Shown here piece after piece: positions 31,575 to 41,262 of a stretch of 64,000 bases of DNA. The notes under the pieces were generated by a model. That model made no database searches and was not told the DNA's origin. It was given only the letters and a program-made list of their open reading frames with translations. Source of the DNA: Bacteroidales bacterium (GTDB taxonomy: Bacteria > Bacteroidota > Bacteroidia > Bacteroidales > UBA932); contig JAGBCS010000002.1 of the NCBI GenBank assembly GCA_017937885.1, positions 8,613-72,612 of the forward strand, in the 5' to 3' direction. Each line of letters opens with the position of its first letter. Within the stretch, counting starts at the first letter, position 1. The position numbers were made by a program, and so were the translations under genes.

Positions 31575-33425
31575 CTATAAAGAAGGATAACCCTCATAGC
31601 TGACCTTGAAAAGCCCGAACGGATCTACAGCCGCATCTATCACGACTGCCGCCTCAAGCCTAGTCACTGTTCGTTTCTCACGGAAATCCTCCAGTCCAAG
31701 CTTAGTCCACCAGCCTTCGACATCAGCAGGGACATGACCTCCTGCGGCGCGTACAGACCTCAGCAATGTACCGACAGACACTTCCCCTTCAGGGACAGGA
31801 AGATGGCCATGATAATAATCTCCTACATGGATGTCTGACGACAGAAGCGGATCATCTGTGCGGAACCACGTCTGGTTGGACCATCCTACATTGCGCCCTT
31901 CTCCTCTAAGAATTTCGGTAGCTCCAATCCTCTGAACTGCCTTGAAATGTCTGTCATTCTTCGGCAGATCAAGATAAGGCATGATATAGCATCCGGCATC
32001 AAGAAGAGTTTCCTGAACCTGGCGTACTCCGATCTGCTTCACGGATTTGCCTTCGATCACAGCAAGAGCTGCAAGGGCTCCGGAAGCCTGTCCCAGCTGC
32101 ATCACGACCGGCTGCAGACGGGTAGCCCCGTTCATGAGGTTTGAGACAGATATGGACTTTTCAGCCACGATGAGATCGTCGCCCTGCTTCGGTATCAGCA
32201 CTCCCATCGGAACATTGAACGAAGGGATCGGATAGAAATGCAGATCAGGCAGAGAACGCCACTGCGGATGGCGGAAATGATGGTGGTCGACCGGATAGTC
32301 ACCTACGGCAATGCCGGTCCTGTAATACGGACATTTGTAATCATACGGCCTTGCGGCTGCGTCCATGGTGAAGAAGGCCTCTCCTACGATGCGTCGCGAT
32401 TCACGGTGATACGGGATGAAAGGAAGCCGGTCCTCTGTAGGAAAGACATCATCTGCAAGTCCCAGATTCTTCATACCTAAATGATTCTGTATGAAATAGA
32501 TAAAGCACAGCGTAAAGTTCTTGGCTTCGGACAGCACCTTTTCTCTTTCAGACTGCGGAAGGTCGATGATGTCGGCATAGTAGTCGTTTCCATAGATCGG
32601 CCAGTTTATCATATATCTGCCATCCGGGGTCTTTCCGTAGGTCATCATCATTTCGGGCGACCAGATCGTCTGTCCGGTTTCAGCAACAGGGTCGCTTAGC
32701 GGATTGACGCAGCTGTTCGCAAAAACAGCAGGGTCATATCCGTCCGGTTTCTCTATGGTCATGTCGGCATCCGGTCCGTAATCCTTCAGGACAGCCACGA
32801 ATGTCAGGTCCTGGATGACGTCATTCGCCTCCTGCGGCGCTATTGATTCGCCGGTATCTTCAGCGGCTTCCATTCCGATACGGTAGTCGACGCCGCATGC
32901 TTTCGCGATATCACCGAGCTCGGTCGCATCGATAAGGATATCTGCCCTCACTCTGCGTCTGCGTCCGTCCGGTCCCTGAATCGTCAAGATCCAGTCCCCG
33001 GCTTCGCCGCTCACTTTCAGCACCCTCGTTTCGCGCTGTATATCAAGCAGTTCCCCGCATGTTGCCGCCATGTTGGAGAAAACCTCCTGACCGATCTGCG
33101 GATCGAAGCAGATGTTGCTGACCCATCCGGAGCGGAGAGCCTCATATCCGCCGTATCTGGATGCAAGAGAGTCCGCAAATTCACCGAAGATGCCGCTTCG
33201 GAGATTATAGTTTCCGTCGACACAGCTCACACCCGCCGAGGTAAGCATTCCACCGAGCCACGGGGTTTCCTCAACTATCATCGCATGTACGCCCATACGG
33301 GCTGTCTGGATGCCGGCGCTTACGCCTGAAGCACCACCTCCGACTATCAGCACATCAACCTTTTCTTCGCCCGTGCATGCCGCAAGAATCAGCAGAAACG
33401 AGACCGCCAGTACTTTTACTTTCAT
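31575..33425 (-). CDS. FAD-dependent oxidoreductase lipoprotein (PUL-associated)
   Basis: LAAC lipobox, DVLIVGGGASG, LGGMLTSAGV, IDATELGD and RESRRI motifs. Likely start is MKVKVL at 33425. Confidence 0.85.
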   Translation of the reverse strand: MKVKVLAVSFLLILAACTGEEKVDVLIVGGGASGVSAGIQTARMGVHAMIVEETPWLGGMLTSAGVSCVDGNYNLRSGIFGEFADSLASRYGGYEALRSGWVSNICFDPQIGQEVFSNMAATCGELLDIQRETRVLKVSGEAGDWILTIQGPDGRRRRVRADILIDATELGDIAKACGVDYRIGMEAAEDTGESIAPQEANDVIQDLTFVAVLKDYGPDADMTIEKPDGYDPAVFANSCVNPLSDPVAETGQTIWSPEMMMTYGKTPDGRYMINWPIYGNDYYADIIDLPQSEREKVLSEAKNFTLCFIYFIQNHLGMKNLGLADDVFPTEDRLPFIPYHRESRRIVGEAFFTMDAAARPYDYKCPYYRTGIAVGDYPVDHHHFRHPQWRSLPDLHFYPIPSFNVPMGVLIPKQGDDLIVAEKSISVSNLMNGATRLQPVVMQLGQASGALAALAVIEGKSVKQIGVRQVQETLLDAGCYIMPYLDLPKNDRHFKAVQRIGATEILRGEGRNVGWSNQTWFRTDDPLLSSDIHVGDYYHGHLPVPEGEVSVGTLLRSVRAAGGHVPADVEGWWTKLGLEDFREKRTVTRLEAAVVIDAAVDPFGLFKVSYEGYPSL

Positions 33426-33446
33426 ATCATAGTCAATTTGTAACGA

Positions 33447-33505
33447 CAAAATTAAAAATTTTTATTATTTCACCGACACTTCATTAAAATACTTTATTAA
33501 CTTTG
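33447..33505. promoter_or_regulatory. Divergent promoter pair
   Basis: TAATTTTG on the minus strand (33447-33454) and TAACTTTG on the plus strand (33498-33505), in an AT-rich gap. Confidence 0.6.
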
Positions 33506-33527
33506 CGTATTAATATATCAATCAGAC

Positions 33528-34907
33528 ATGTCAACCACCAAACGCATCGCATCAATAGACCTGATACGCGGAATCGCCATCACGGGAATGATCCTGTGCG
33601 CAAACATCGGCTTCAACTCAGATCTCCCTGCATGGATGTTCCATGCACAGACCCCTCCTCCGACGTACGCCTTCAATCCGGACGTACCGGGCATAACATG
33701 GGTGGATCTCGTTTTTCCTTTCTTCCTCTTCCCGATGGGAGCGGCATTCCCGCTTGCCATGAGGAAAAGGCTTGAAAAAGGTCAGAGCATAATATCAGTC
33801 GTGGGAAGTCTCGTCAAAAGATGGGCCATCCTGACATTATTCGCCCTGCTGCTCGGCAATGCCTACGCAATCTGGGGCACGACACAGCCGGCATGGCAGG
33901 TATATGTGTTCTACATCGCCGTATGGGCGGGGATGTTCCTGTCTCTTGTGCGCGTCAACAGGCCCGGGCGCCTCGGCATGTGGGTAAATCTTTCAGGCAT
34001 CGCTATGCTGACAGCGCTCAGCTTCGTCTTCACCCGGCATTTCGGAATCGCTCTGAACCGATACGCCAGCGACATCATAATCATGATTCTGGCAAACATT
34101 GCCCTATGGGGCGGCCTGATATGGATGTTCACGCGTGACAATCTCAAGCTGCGCTGGATCGTTTTCCTTTTAATCGCGTCAGTAAAGGCCTTGTCTTCGT
34201 ATGCTCCGCAGGCATTGTCATTCGTACCGTCGTGCGGCAGCATAAGCTGGCTGTTCAGCTATGAGTTCCTCCAGTACCTGCTGATTGCGATACCGGGATC
34301 CATCATAGGCGATATGATCATGAAGCATTCACGCTCCGGAGCCCCCGATGAGGTGACAGCCAAGGGAACCGCCGGAGGTTTCGTCGCACTCGCCGCAGTC
34401 GTTCTGCAGCTTTGGGGCCTGTTCACACGAAACGTGCTTGCCGATTTCATCCTCTCTGCCATGCTTTGCATTTCCTTCATCGCCCTTACATGGAAGAACC
34501 ATGGCATAGCAGCCAAGACCGGTTTCATCGGATTCGCGCTTATGCTCACCGGCATCATCTTCGATCCGATTGACGGAGGCATCACCAAAGACCATTGCAA
34601 TCTCTCTTATGTACTTACGACCGGAGGAATGGCCGCACTGGTCACTTCATTCCTGCTTACTCTCGAGCTGCGATTCGGAGTCAAGGGTCCTTTCCTTGCC
34701 GGAGTGGGACAGAACCCTATGATAGCATATACTGTGACGACCTTCCTGATCGGACCCGTACTCAATCTCATCGGTTTCCTGCCATGGTTGTACGGTCTTG
34801 CCGCCGGATCGCCGTTCTGGGGCGTGATGCAGGGAGTAATCATCACCTTCCTGATGATGTGCGCAACATATTCATTCACAAGACTTAAATTATTCTGGAG
34901 AAGCTAG
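33528..34907 (+). CDS. DUF5009 / HGSNAT(NagX)-like multipass membrane acyltransferase
   Basis: RIASIDLIRG, WMFHAQ and ITWVDLVFPFFLF..GAA motifs; many TM helices. Confidence 0.75.
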   Translation: MSTTKRIASIDLIRGIAITGMILCANIGFNSDLPAWMFHAQTPPPTYAFNPDVPGITWVDLVFPFFLFPMGAAFPLAMRKRLEKGQSIISVVGSLVKRWAILTLFALLLGNAYAIWGTTQPAWQVYVFYIAVWAGMFLSLVRVNRPGRLGMWVNLSGIAMLTALSFVFTRHFGIALNRYASDIIIMILANIALWGGLIWMFTRDNLKLRWIVFLLIASVKALSSYAPQALSFVPSCGSISWLFSYEFLQYLLIAIPGSIIGDMIMKHSRSGAPDEVTAKGTAGGFVALAAVVLQLWGLFTRNVLADFILSAMLCISFIALTWKNHGIAAKTGFIGFALMLTGIIFDPIDGGITKDHCNLSYVLTTGGMAALVTSFLLTLELRFGVKGPFLAGVGQNPMIAYTVTTFLIGPVLNLIGFLPWLYGLAAGSPFWGVMQGVIITFLMMCATYSFTRLKLFWRS

Positions 34908-34909
34908 AT

Positions 34910-36022
34910 ATGAAAAGGATTTCAATGATTGTCCTGACTGTCCTCGCCTTTGCCGCAGGCAGTGAGGCAGCAGCCAAGAAAACAAAAGAGCTGGTTCAGA
35001 CTCCGGCCTCTGACAGCCGCATCGAATACACCGGAAGGGTACTTTCCGAAGGCGGTGACGTTTCATATGATTGGAGCGGTGTTTATTTCAGGGTGAGGTT
35101 CAATGGGCCTTATCTGGCCATGAAATGTTCTGATACGAAGAACTGCTGGTTCAACCTGTGGATCGACAAGGAGATGGGCCCGAAAGCCGACAGGACGTTC
35201 CTGGTAGCGGCAAAGGATACAGTGATCGTATTGGCTGAGGGACTTGGCAAAGGCGAACATGAAGTAATACTGCAGAAGAGGACCGAGGGCGAGCAGGGAC
35301 GTTTCACCGTACATCATTTCCTTAGCGAGGGTGACCTCCTGCAAGCCAGAGGACGACGCGACAGGCACATAGAGTTCATCGGAGACTCATATACATGCGG
35401 GTACGGCACAGAAAGCGGCGACAAGAACGACCCGTTCCTTGCCGAGACAGAGAACTGTAACCTTACATATGCGGCGATTGCATCACGTTATTTCGGAGCA
35501 GACTTCAACCTTGTAAGCCATTCAGGACAGGGCATCTGCAGGAACTATGACGACTTCCGTCCGGGCTATAACATGCCGGACCGCTACAGCCAGATCTTCG
35601 ACGAGGAGAAGGAAAGCGTGTGGACACCTGACATGGCGCCATACACTCCTGATCTCGTGGTCATATATCTGTGTACCAATGACTTCTCTACCGCAAGACA
35701 GCCACATGAGACGATTTTTGCCGGAAGGTACATCGAGCTGCTCAAGAAGGTGAAGGCCTACTATGGAGAGGATACGCCAATCCTTTGCATCGCATCCAAT
35801 GTGACTCCTTTCAGCTTCGACTACATACGCAATGCCTGCATGATGAGCGGATTGAGCAATCTGACGTATGTCGGACTGACAAGCGGCATCCACAATTACG
35901 AGGATGACCTGGGCGCAAGCTGGCATCCGAACTACAAGGGACATATAAAAGTGGCTAGCAGCGTCATCCCATACATCTCTACCATCACAGGATGGGAAAT
36001 GGAGCCGAAAGTATACGAATAG
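34910..36022 (+). CDS. SGNH/GDSL esterase, CE2-like
   Basis: Signal peptide, N-terminal beta domain, IEFIGDSYTCGYG, LCTND and WHPN motifs. Confidence 0.85.
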   Translation: MKRISMIVLTVLAFAAGSEAAAKKTKELVQTPASDSRIEYTGRVLSEGGDVSYDWSGVYFRVRFNGPYLAMKCSDTKNCWFNLWIDKEMGPKADRTFLVAAKDTVIVLAEGLGKGEHEVILQKRTEGEQGRFTVHHFLSEGDLLQARGRRDRHIEFIGDSYTCGYGTESGDKNDPFLAETENCNLTYAAIASRYFGADFNLVSHSGQGICRNYDDFRPGYNMPDRYSQIFDEEKESVWTPDMAPYTPDLVVIYLCTNDFSTARQPHETIFAGRYIELLKKVKAYYGEDTPILCIASNVTPFSFDYIRNACMMSGLSNLTYVGLTSGIHNYEDDLGASWHPNYKGHIKVASSVIPYISTITGWEMEPKVYE

Positions 36023-36024
36023 CA

Positions 36025-36142
36025 GTTTTCCGAGGGCAGAGGGGTGAAAAACCGTGGCCGCCCGTGGCCCTCGTGAACGGGAGGGGCCCGCTCCGAAGGA
36101 GTGGGAGGGATTTAGTTTTTCACCCCTCTGCCCTCGGAAAAC
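36025..36142 (+). repeat. Structured intergenic repeat element, copy 2 (28-nt perfect inverted arms, 62-nt core)
   Basis: Arms 36025-36052 and 36115-36142 are perfectly complementary. The core matches the reverse complement of 1251-1312. Confidence 0.9.
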
Positions 36143-36174
36143 CGAGTACGAACCAGATATCATATTATTTCAAG

Positions 36175-37596
36175 ATGAAAAGGATTACAGCATATTTATT
36201 CTGTGTATTGTTTGCCGGAGCGGCAAGTGCCTCGGCCATGAACATCAAGGGAACGGTAAAGGACACTGAAGGCAAAGGAATTGCCGGAGTGGTCGTTTCC
36301 GACGGCCTCAACACCGTACAGACAGACTCCAAGGGAAGATTCAGGATGGATACGGACCAGGACAGCCGCTTTGTATTCATCTCCACCCCGTCAGGCTACC
36401 GTTCAGAGACTACAGCAGGACGTCTCTCTTACTATCTCAGGCTTGATGCAGAGCGCAAGGCATATGACTTCGTTGTTGAAAAGAAAGCCAAGGATGACAC
36501 GAACCACAATCTCATCGTCATCGCCGACCCGCAGATCAGCGACGCCGACGAATTCCCGGAGCTCCTGGCGCACGCAAAGGACATCGGAGAGTATGTCAAA
36601 GGAATGGACGGTGACGACACTTTCGGCATATGCCTCGGAGACATCGTGGGCTGGAACCACGCTCTATATCCGCAGTACAACGACGTGATGTCGCATACCG
36701 GGCTGGAATTCCGCAACGTGATCGGCAACCACGACATGACAAACTACGGTCGCTCATTCGAGACATCGATGACTGATTATGAAAACATGTACGGTCCGGC
36801 CTGGTATTCATTCAACGTCGGCGACGTACATTATATTGCCGTCAACAACAACTTCTTCATCGGCCGCGACTGGTACTACATCGGCTACCTCGACGAAAGG
36901 CAGCTCCGTTGGCTCGAGAATGACCTTTCATACGTGCCGGAAGGATCGACTGTTATCTTCAACCTCCATATACCGACGACGCTGGACAAGTCGGACCGAG
37001 ATGCATTCAGCTATGGGGGCATCGCTGACGACACGACGAACAAGAAGGGTATCTACGCCCTGCTGGAGCCGTACAGGACCATCATTCTTTCAGGCCACAT
37101 GCATACTGCCGACTTCGAAGTCATCAGCGACAACATCATTGAAATCAACATCGCAGGCCTCTGCGGAGCGTGGTGGTGCGGTTCTGTCTGCATCGACGGT
37201 TCTCCTGCAGGATTCAAGCATTTCGAGATCAACGGAAGCGACATCAGCTGGACATACAAGGGATGCGGCCACGACCTTGACTATCAGATGAAGGTCTATG
37301 TGGATGACGCTCAGCATCAGGGCTACGTCGTAGCCAATGTATGGGATTATGATCCGGAGTGGAAGATCGAGTATTTCGAGGATGGAGTGAAGGTATGCGA
37401 CATGGAGCGCTTCAAGACGCAGGATCCGCTCGCACGAGAGCTCTACAAGGACCCTTCAAGCCTCAAGAGGACATGGGTATATGCAGCTCCTACGGAGAAC
37501 ATGTTCAGGGCAAAGTACTCTGCTGATGCAAAAGTACTGGAAGTCAGAGCGACTGACCGATTCGGCCGGGTCTATAAAGAAATAGTGGAGAGGTAA
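36175..37596 (+). CDS. Secreted calcineurin-like metallophosphoesterase (MetallophosN/C type)
   Basis: Signal peptide from ATG 36175, GVVVSDG, IADPQ, LGDIV, IGNHD and SGHMH motifs. Confidence 0.88.
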   Translation: MKRITAYLFCVLFAGAASASAMNIKGTVKDTEGKGIAGVVVSDGLNTVQTDSKGRFRMDTDQDSRFVFISTPSGYRSETTAGRLSYYLRLDAERKAYDFVVEKKAKDDTNHNLIVIADPQISDADEFPELLAHAKDIGEYVKGMDGDDTFGICLGDIVGWNHALYPQYNDVMSHTGLEFRNVIGNHDMTNYGRSFETSMTDYENMYGPAWYSFNVGDVHYIAVNNNFFIGRDWYYIGYLDERQLRWLENDLSYVPEGSTVIFNLHIPTTLDKSDRDAFSYGGIADDTTNKKGIYALLEPYRTIILSGHMHTADFEVISDNIIEINIAGLCGAWWCGSVCIDGSPAGFKHFEINGSDISWTYKGCGHDLDYQMKVYVDDAQHQGYVVANVWDYDPEWKIEYFEDGVKVCDMERFKTQDPLARELYKDPSSLKRTWVYAAPTENMFRAKYSADAKVLEVRATDRFGRVYKEIVER

Positions 37597-37628
37597 TCAA
37601 TCACATTCATTCATCCACGCCTAAACAT

Positions 37629-37804
37629 GCGATAATGCTCGTGACCCTGTGGAAACTGATGAGGTGACGAGCAAAATCAGGCAATAATGCTCGTGACCCC
37701 GTGGAAACTGATGAGATGACGAGCAAAAACTTGCGATAATGCTCGTGACCCCGTGGAAACTGATGAGGTGACGAGCAAAAACTTGCGATAATGCTCGTGA
37801 CCCC
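37629..37804. repeat. Tandem array of a 52-bp palindromic unit (3 full copies plus 1 partial)
   Basis: Units start at 37629, 37681, 37733 and 37785. Consensus gcgataatgctcgtgaccccgtggaaactgatgaggtgacgagcaaaaactt. Confidence 0.92.
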
Positions 37805-37827
37805 TGAGCCCTGAGCAAAGATTAAAG

Positions 37828-37863
37828 AAAAGCGGCGGGCGACCTTCACAGGTCGTCCGCCGC
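37828..37863 (-). terminator. Intrinsic terminator of the minus-strand PUL operon
   Basis: Minus strand reads gcggcggacgacct-gtga-aggtcgcccgccgc followed by ttttcttt. Confidence 0.8.
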
Positions 37864-37905
37864 GGACATAATATGATGTACTACACTATGAAAGTGTCAT
37901 AGTCA

Positions 37906-39069
37906 TTACAGGGTCTCGAGTATCTGCCATATCTGGTAAAGTCCTCTAGGCACATGGAAGCATCCCTTCCACTTGCCTCCCTTCAGGGTAAGGAGTACCT
38001 CTCCCCTTCTGTTCAGATATCCGTACCACTCCGGATATTCCTGGTCCTTGAAATGCGTCCACATGTAGTCATGAAGCTTCTTGAACCACTCAAGACACTG
38101 CTCGTTTCCAGTCAGCTGGTAGCCCTTGATCATACAGATCGCAGACTCGAGATGTACCCACCAGAGCTTCTGATCCCATTCAAGCTTCTGCATTGGAGCC
38201 TTCTTGAGATCCTGGAAATAGAAGATTCCGCCGTATTCCTTGTCCCATCCGAACTCGATGACATCGAGAGCTATCTTCACGCACTTCCCGATCAATTCCT
38301 TGTCATTCCTGCGGATACCCAGATTCATCATGAACCAGAGCGCCTCAAGATCATGGCCCGGATTGATTTCGCGTCCTTCGAAGCAGTCGATCGGAGTTCC
38401 GTCAGGAGATACATTCTCCAGCATCACTCCCACCTCCGGATAATAGAACACGTTGAGAATCTCGCTGAGACACTCGTCGATGGTGACATCGAGCAGGCTC
38501 TTGTCCGGAAGGATATTCTCCACTTCGAGAGCCATGTTGCAGATGATCATCGGAAGTGCAAAGCCCTTCATCGGACGCGTTCCAGGATAAGACTTTTCCC
38601 AACGTCCCTTTGGATCGTTGCGGCGGTCAAGGATACGCTGGAATGTCTTCAGAGCGATCTCCTTGTATTCCTCGCTTCCTGTAGCCTCGGCAAGCTGTGC
38701 GAATGCCATGCATGCAAAGGTGTTGGAGAAGATGTTGTACGGCTGTATGATCGGCTTACCCTCTCTTGTAAGAGAGAAGTAGAAATCATAGTTACCGTCA
38801 TGTCCGTACTTCTTCAGGAACTCGGCTCCCTGCACAGCGCAGTCAAGCCATTCCTGCTTCTTCTCAACCTTGTTGTACAGCATGGCGAACATCCACACCT
38901 CCCTGCCCTGAAGCCACACGAACTTATCTGTATCGAAAACACTTCCGTCGCGGTCAAGGCAACTGAAATATCCTCCATACTCAAGATCCTGCGACTTCTC
39001 CAACCAGAAAGGAAGCACGCTGTCCAAAAGTTCGCTCTTATATTGAGCGGCAAGTTTCTTGAAATCCAT
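37906..39069 (-). CDS. N-acylglucosamine 2-epimerase (AGE family, Bacteroides NanE-like)
   Basis: LLDSVLPFW, DKFVWLQGR, INPGHDLE, KLWWVHLE and KGCFHVPR motifs. Likely start is MDFKKL at 39069. Confidence 0.9.
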   Translation of the reverse strand: MDFKKLAAQYKSELLDSVLPFWLEKSQDLEYGGYFSCLDRDGSVFDTDKFVWLQGREVWMFAMLYNKVEKKQEWLDCAVQGAEFLKKYGHDGNYDFYFSLTREGKPIIQPYNIFSNTFACMAFAQLAEATGSEEYKEIALKTFQRILDRRNDPKGRWEKSYPGTRPMKGFALPMIICNMALEVENILPDKSLLDVTIDECLSEILNVFYYPEVGVMLENVSPDGTPIDCFEGREINPGHDLEALWFMMNLGIRRNDKELIGKCVKIALDVIEFGWDKEYGGIFYFQDLKKAPMQKLEWDQKLWWVHLESAICMIKGYQLTGNEQCLEWFKKLHDYMWTHFKDQEYPEWYGYLNRRGEVLLTLKGGKWKGCFHVPRGLYQIWQILETL

Positions 39070-39094
39070 TGCAGTAATCAGTTTTGGTTTTGAA

Positions 39095-39122
39095 GTGGTG
39101 GGAAGTTTCACCCTCCCACCAC
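39095..39122 (-). other. Intra-operon stem-loop without U-tract (possible mRNA stabiliser or attenuator)
   Basis: gtggtggga-N10-tcccaccac located between the lipoprotein gene and the epimerase gene. Confidence 0.5.
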
Positions 39123-39141
39123 CTGATATGATTGAAATAAA

Positions 39142-41226
39142 TTATTGGATTGCTACGCAACCGATTGTACCATAGCTATTGTCAATGTATACCATAAGGA
39201 GAGCATCTTCTGTAGAAGCAAGAAGAACATCACTGAATGTAGCAGCACTCTGTGGTCTATCAGCTGTCCAAGAGTTGTTCACACCAGCTGTCCAATCCCA
39301 ATCAGCATCACCGTCACCCGCATGCTTATAAACAAGTTTTGCGGCTGTTGGATCATTTACGTCAAGAAGAACTGCATCAGTAGCATCATAGTCAAAGTGG
39401 CAACCCATTACGATAGCAGCATACTGGTTGCCCTTCCACTCAGCTGTTGCAATACAGTTGTAGTTTTCCATCCATGATGAACCTGTAACATATGAAGTAA
39501 CCCATTCAGCACCTGAAGCCTTATACTTGAGGTTATAATCTGAAGCATATCCGACAAAGAAAAGACCGTCAGCAAGCGAAGTACCTACTGGTGCAGCACA
39601 AGTAGTTGCTACAGCCCAACCAGAATAAGGTCCTACTACATAATCCCAAGTTCTTGGACCCCAATCTGTAGGAACTTCAGTAAATTCGCCGTCGACAATC
39701 TCCCAGAAGATAACTGCACCCGAGCCACCATCAGCCACTGTCAGCGTTACAACAGCGTCATCCTTTACATTACCCTTCACGCGGAAGTTACCTGCTTCTA
39801 CACAATAATAGTTGTTTGTATCGAATGAAAGCAATTCTTCAGGTACAGGATTAGTTGGATCAGGAACAAGATAAAGAGTCGTTGTAGCTCCATATGCAGC
39901 ATCTGCTGCTATCATAAAGTTACCTGCATCATCAACAAGAACACTGTGCGCAGTAACACCTTCAGGCATAGCGATAGTGTTCACAGCCTCACCAGTAGCT
40001 GGATCAAGGACATAAACCTTTGTTGTATTCGCAAGGAGGATGTTGTCACCATACTTGGCAAGTCTTACCTTCTGAGTTGCATCATAGCCCTCATAAGAAG
40101 TTACTTCCTTAGACCAGACCTTGTTAGCACGTCCCTTCTGAGTAACAGGAATCTCAATTGTCAAAGAAGCATAAAGTTCATTCTTTGGTGCGATGTACAC
40201 CGTATCTGTTCTTGGAGTCATTTCAAGGTTCTCAGCAACATTGAATACGACGTCCTCTGTAACGATCTCTGCCGCTTTTGTTTCTTCAGGGACTGTGATC
40301 CAGTCACATCCCTCATTAACATATGCAACATATTCGATATTTGTTGCTACTGGCACAGTAAGAGTTCCCTCAATGAAATCAACAACGACCTCAGTGGTCT
40401 CAGTCTTGAATGTACCCTGAGAATACTTCAAAGTCTTGAAGATAGTCTTTGAAACGCCATCAGTAACCCATACGACAACCTCGTAATCAGCATTAGCAAG
40501 AGGACCTACTGTGATTGTACCTGTTGTTGCATCCGTAGGAGTAACAACTACATTTGTTCCAGAGCAGAGAGCTGCGACACGATTCTTCTCTGTTCCTCCA
40601 ACTATAGTATACTCAAATGACACTATTGACTTGTCATAGATATTCTCTTCTGCTACGCTGAATGTGATATCAAGACCGATAAACATAGGAACAGCGATTT
40701 CTGTTCCATCAGCAAGAGTGAAAGTCACGACATTATCAGCGACCGCAACCTTAGCGATTGTACAAGCAACGTCAGGTCCGATGAGAGCCCAGTCCTTGCC
40801 GTCAGCAGAGATATACCACTGGCCGTCCTCAGTCTTGAGCTTTGGCTGGCCCATACCTGCAGGAACCTTGTTGCCGGCAGCATCGAGAAGCCACTCGCCG
40901 TCGAGAGTCCAATAGTAAACACCGTCAACATCCATTACAGCACCGATCTCTGGAGCATCAGCACCATCCTTGCCGTCCTTTACAGTTACCTTCTTGCCGT
41001 CAGTAAACTCGATCTCGTAACCGCCTGTAACTTCAGTCACAGCCTTGACGTACACGTTTTTCTCAAGAGCTGAAACGATAGTCGAAACCGAATTCACCTG
41101 AGAAGTAAGTTCAGCAAGCTGAGACTCAAGAGAGTCAAGCTTTTCCCATACCTTGCTGTCATCATAGCATGAGATAGCCATGACAGCTACCAATGCCATT
41201 GACAAAACTTTAAAAAATCTTTTCAT
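39142..41226 (-). CDS. Surface lipoprotein: DUF4988/PL29-N-like N-terminus, BACON-like domain and shared C-terminal beta-rich domain
   Basis: ISCYDDS lipobox, coiled segment, DGKDG..YYWTLDGEWLLD and WITV..NLE..PRT motifs. Confidence 0.75.
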   Translation of the reverse strand: MKRFFKVLSMALVAVMAISCYDDSKVWEKLDSLESQLAELTSQVNSVSTIVSALEKNVYVKAVTEVTGGYEIEFTDGKKVTVKDGKDGADAPEIGAVMDVDGVYYWTLDGEWLLDAAGNKVPAGMGQPKLKTEDGQWYISADGKDWALIGPDVACTIAKVAVADNVVTFTLADGTEIAVPMFIGLDITFSVAEENIYDKSIVSFEYTIVGGTEKNRVAALCSGTNVVVTPTDATTGTITVGPLANADYEVVVWVTDGVSKTIFKTLKYSQGTFKTETTEVVVDFIEGTLTVPVATNIEYVAYVNEGCDWITVPEETKAAEIVTEDVVFNVAENLEMTPRTDTVYIAPKNELYASLTIEIPVTQKGRANKVWSKEVTSYEGYDATQKVRLAKYGDNILLANTTKVYVLDPATGEAVNTIAMPEGVTAHSVLVDDAGNFMIAADAAYGATTTLYLVPDPTNPVPEELLSFDTNNYYCVEAGNFRVKGNVKDDAVVTLTVADGGSGAVIFWEIVDGEFTEVPTDWGPRTWDYVVGPYSGWAVATTCAAPVGTSLADGLFFVGYASDYNLKYKASGAEWVTSYVTGSSWMENYNCIATAEWKGNQYAAIVMGCHFDYDATDAVLLDVNDPTAAKLVYKHAGDGDADWDWTAGVNNSWTADRPQSAATFSDVLLASTEDALLMVYIDNSYGTIGCVAIQ

Positions 41227-41262
41227 GGTAATTAATTTTAATTGTGGATATAAAGTTAGTTG

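Noticed and set aside
35992-36174. N-terminal extension of the phosphoesterase ORF, and the antisense ORF 35522-36163, running through the repeat element
   Set aside because: A clear signal peptide starts at ATG 36175. The extension is just the GC-rich repeat read without stops.
37650-37770. Hammerhead ribozyme suggested by CTGATGAG and GAAAC
   Set aside because: GAAAC runs directly into CUGAUGA, stem II is not closed by a G-C pair next to GAAA, and the would-be cleavage triplet is GUG rather than NUH.
37629-37804. CRISPR array
   Set aside because: Units are near-identical along their whole length with no unique spacers, and there are no cas genes in the window.
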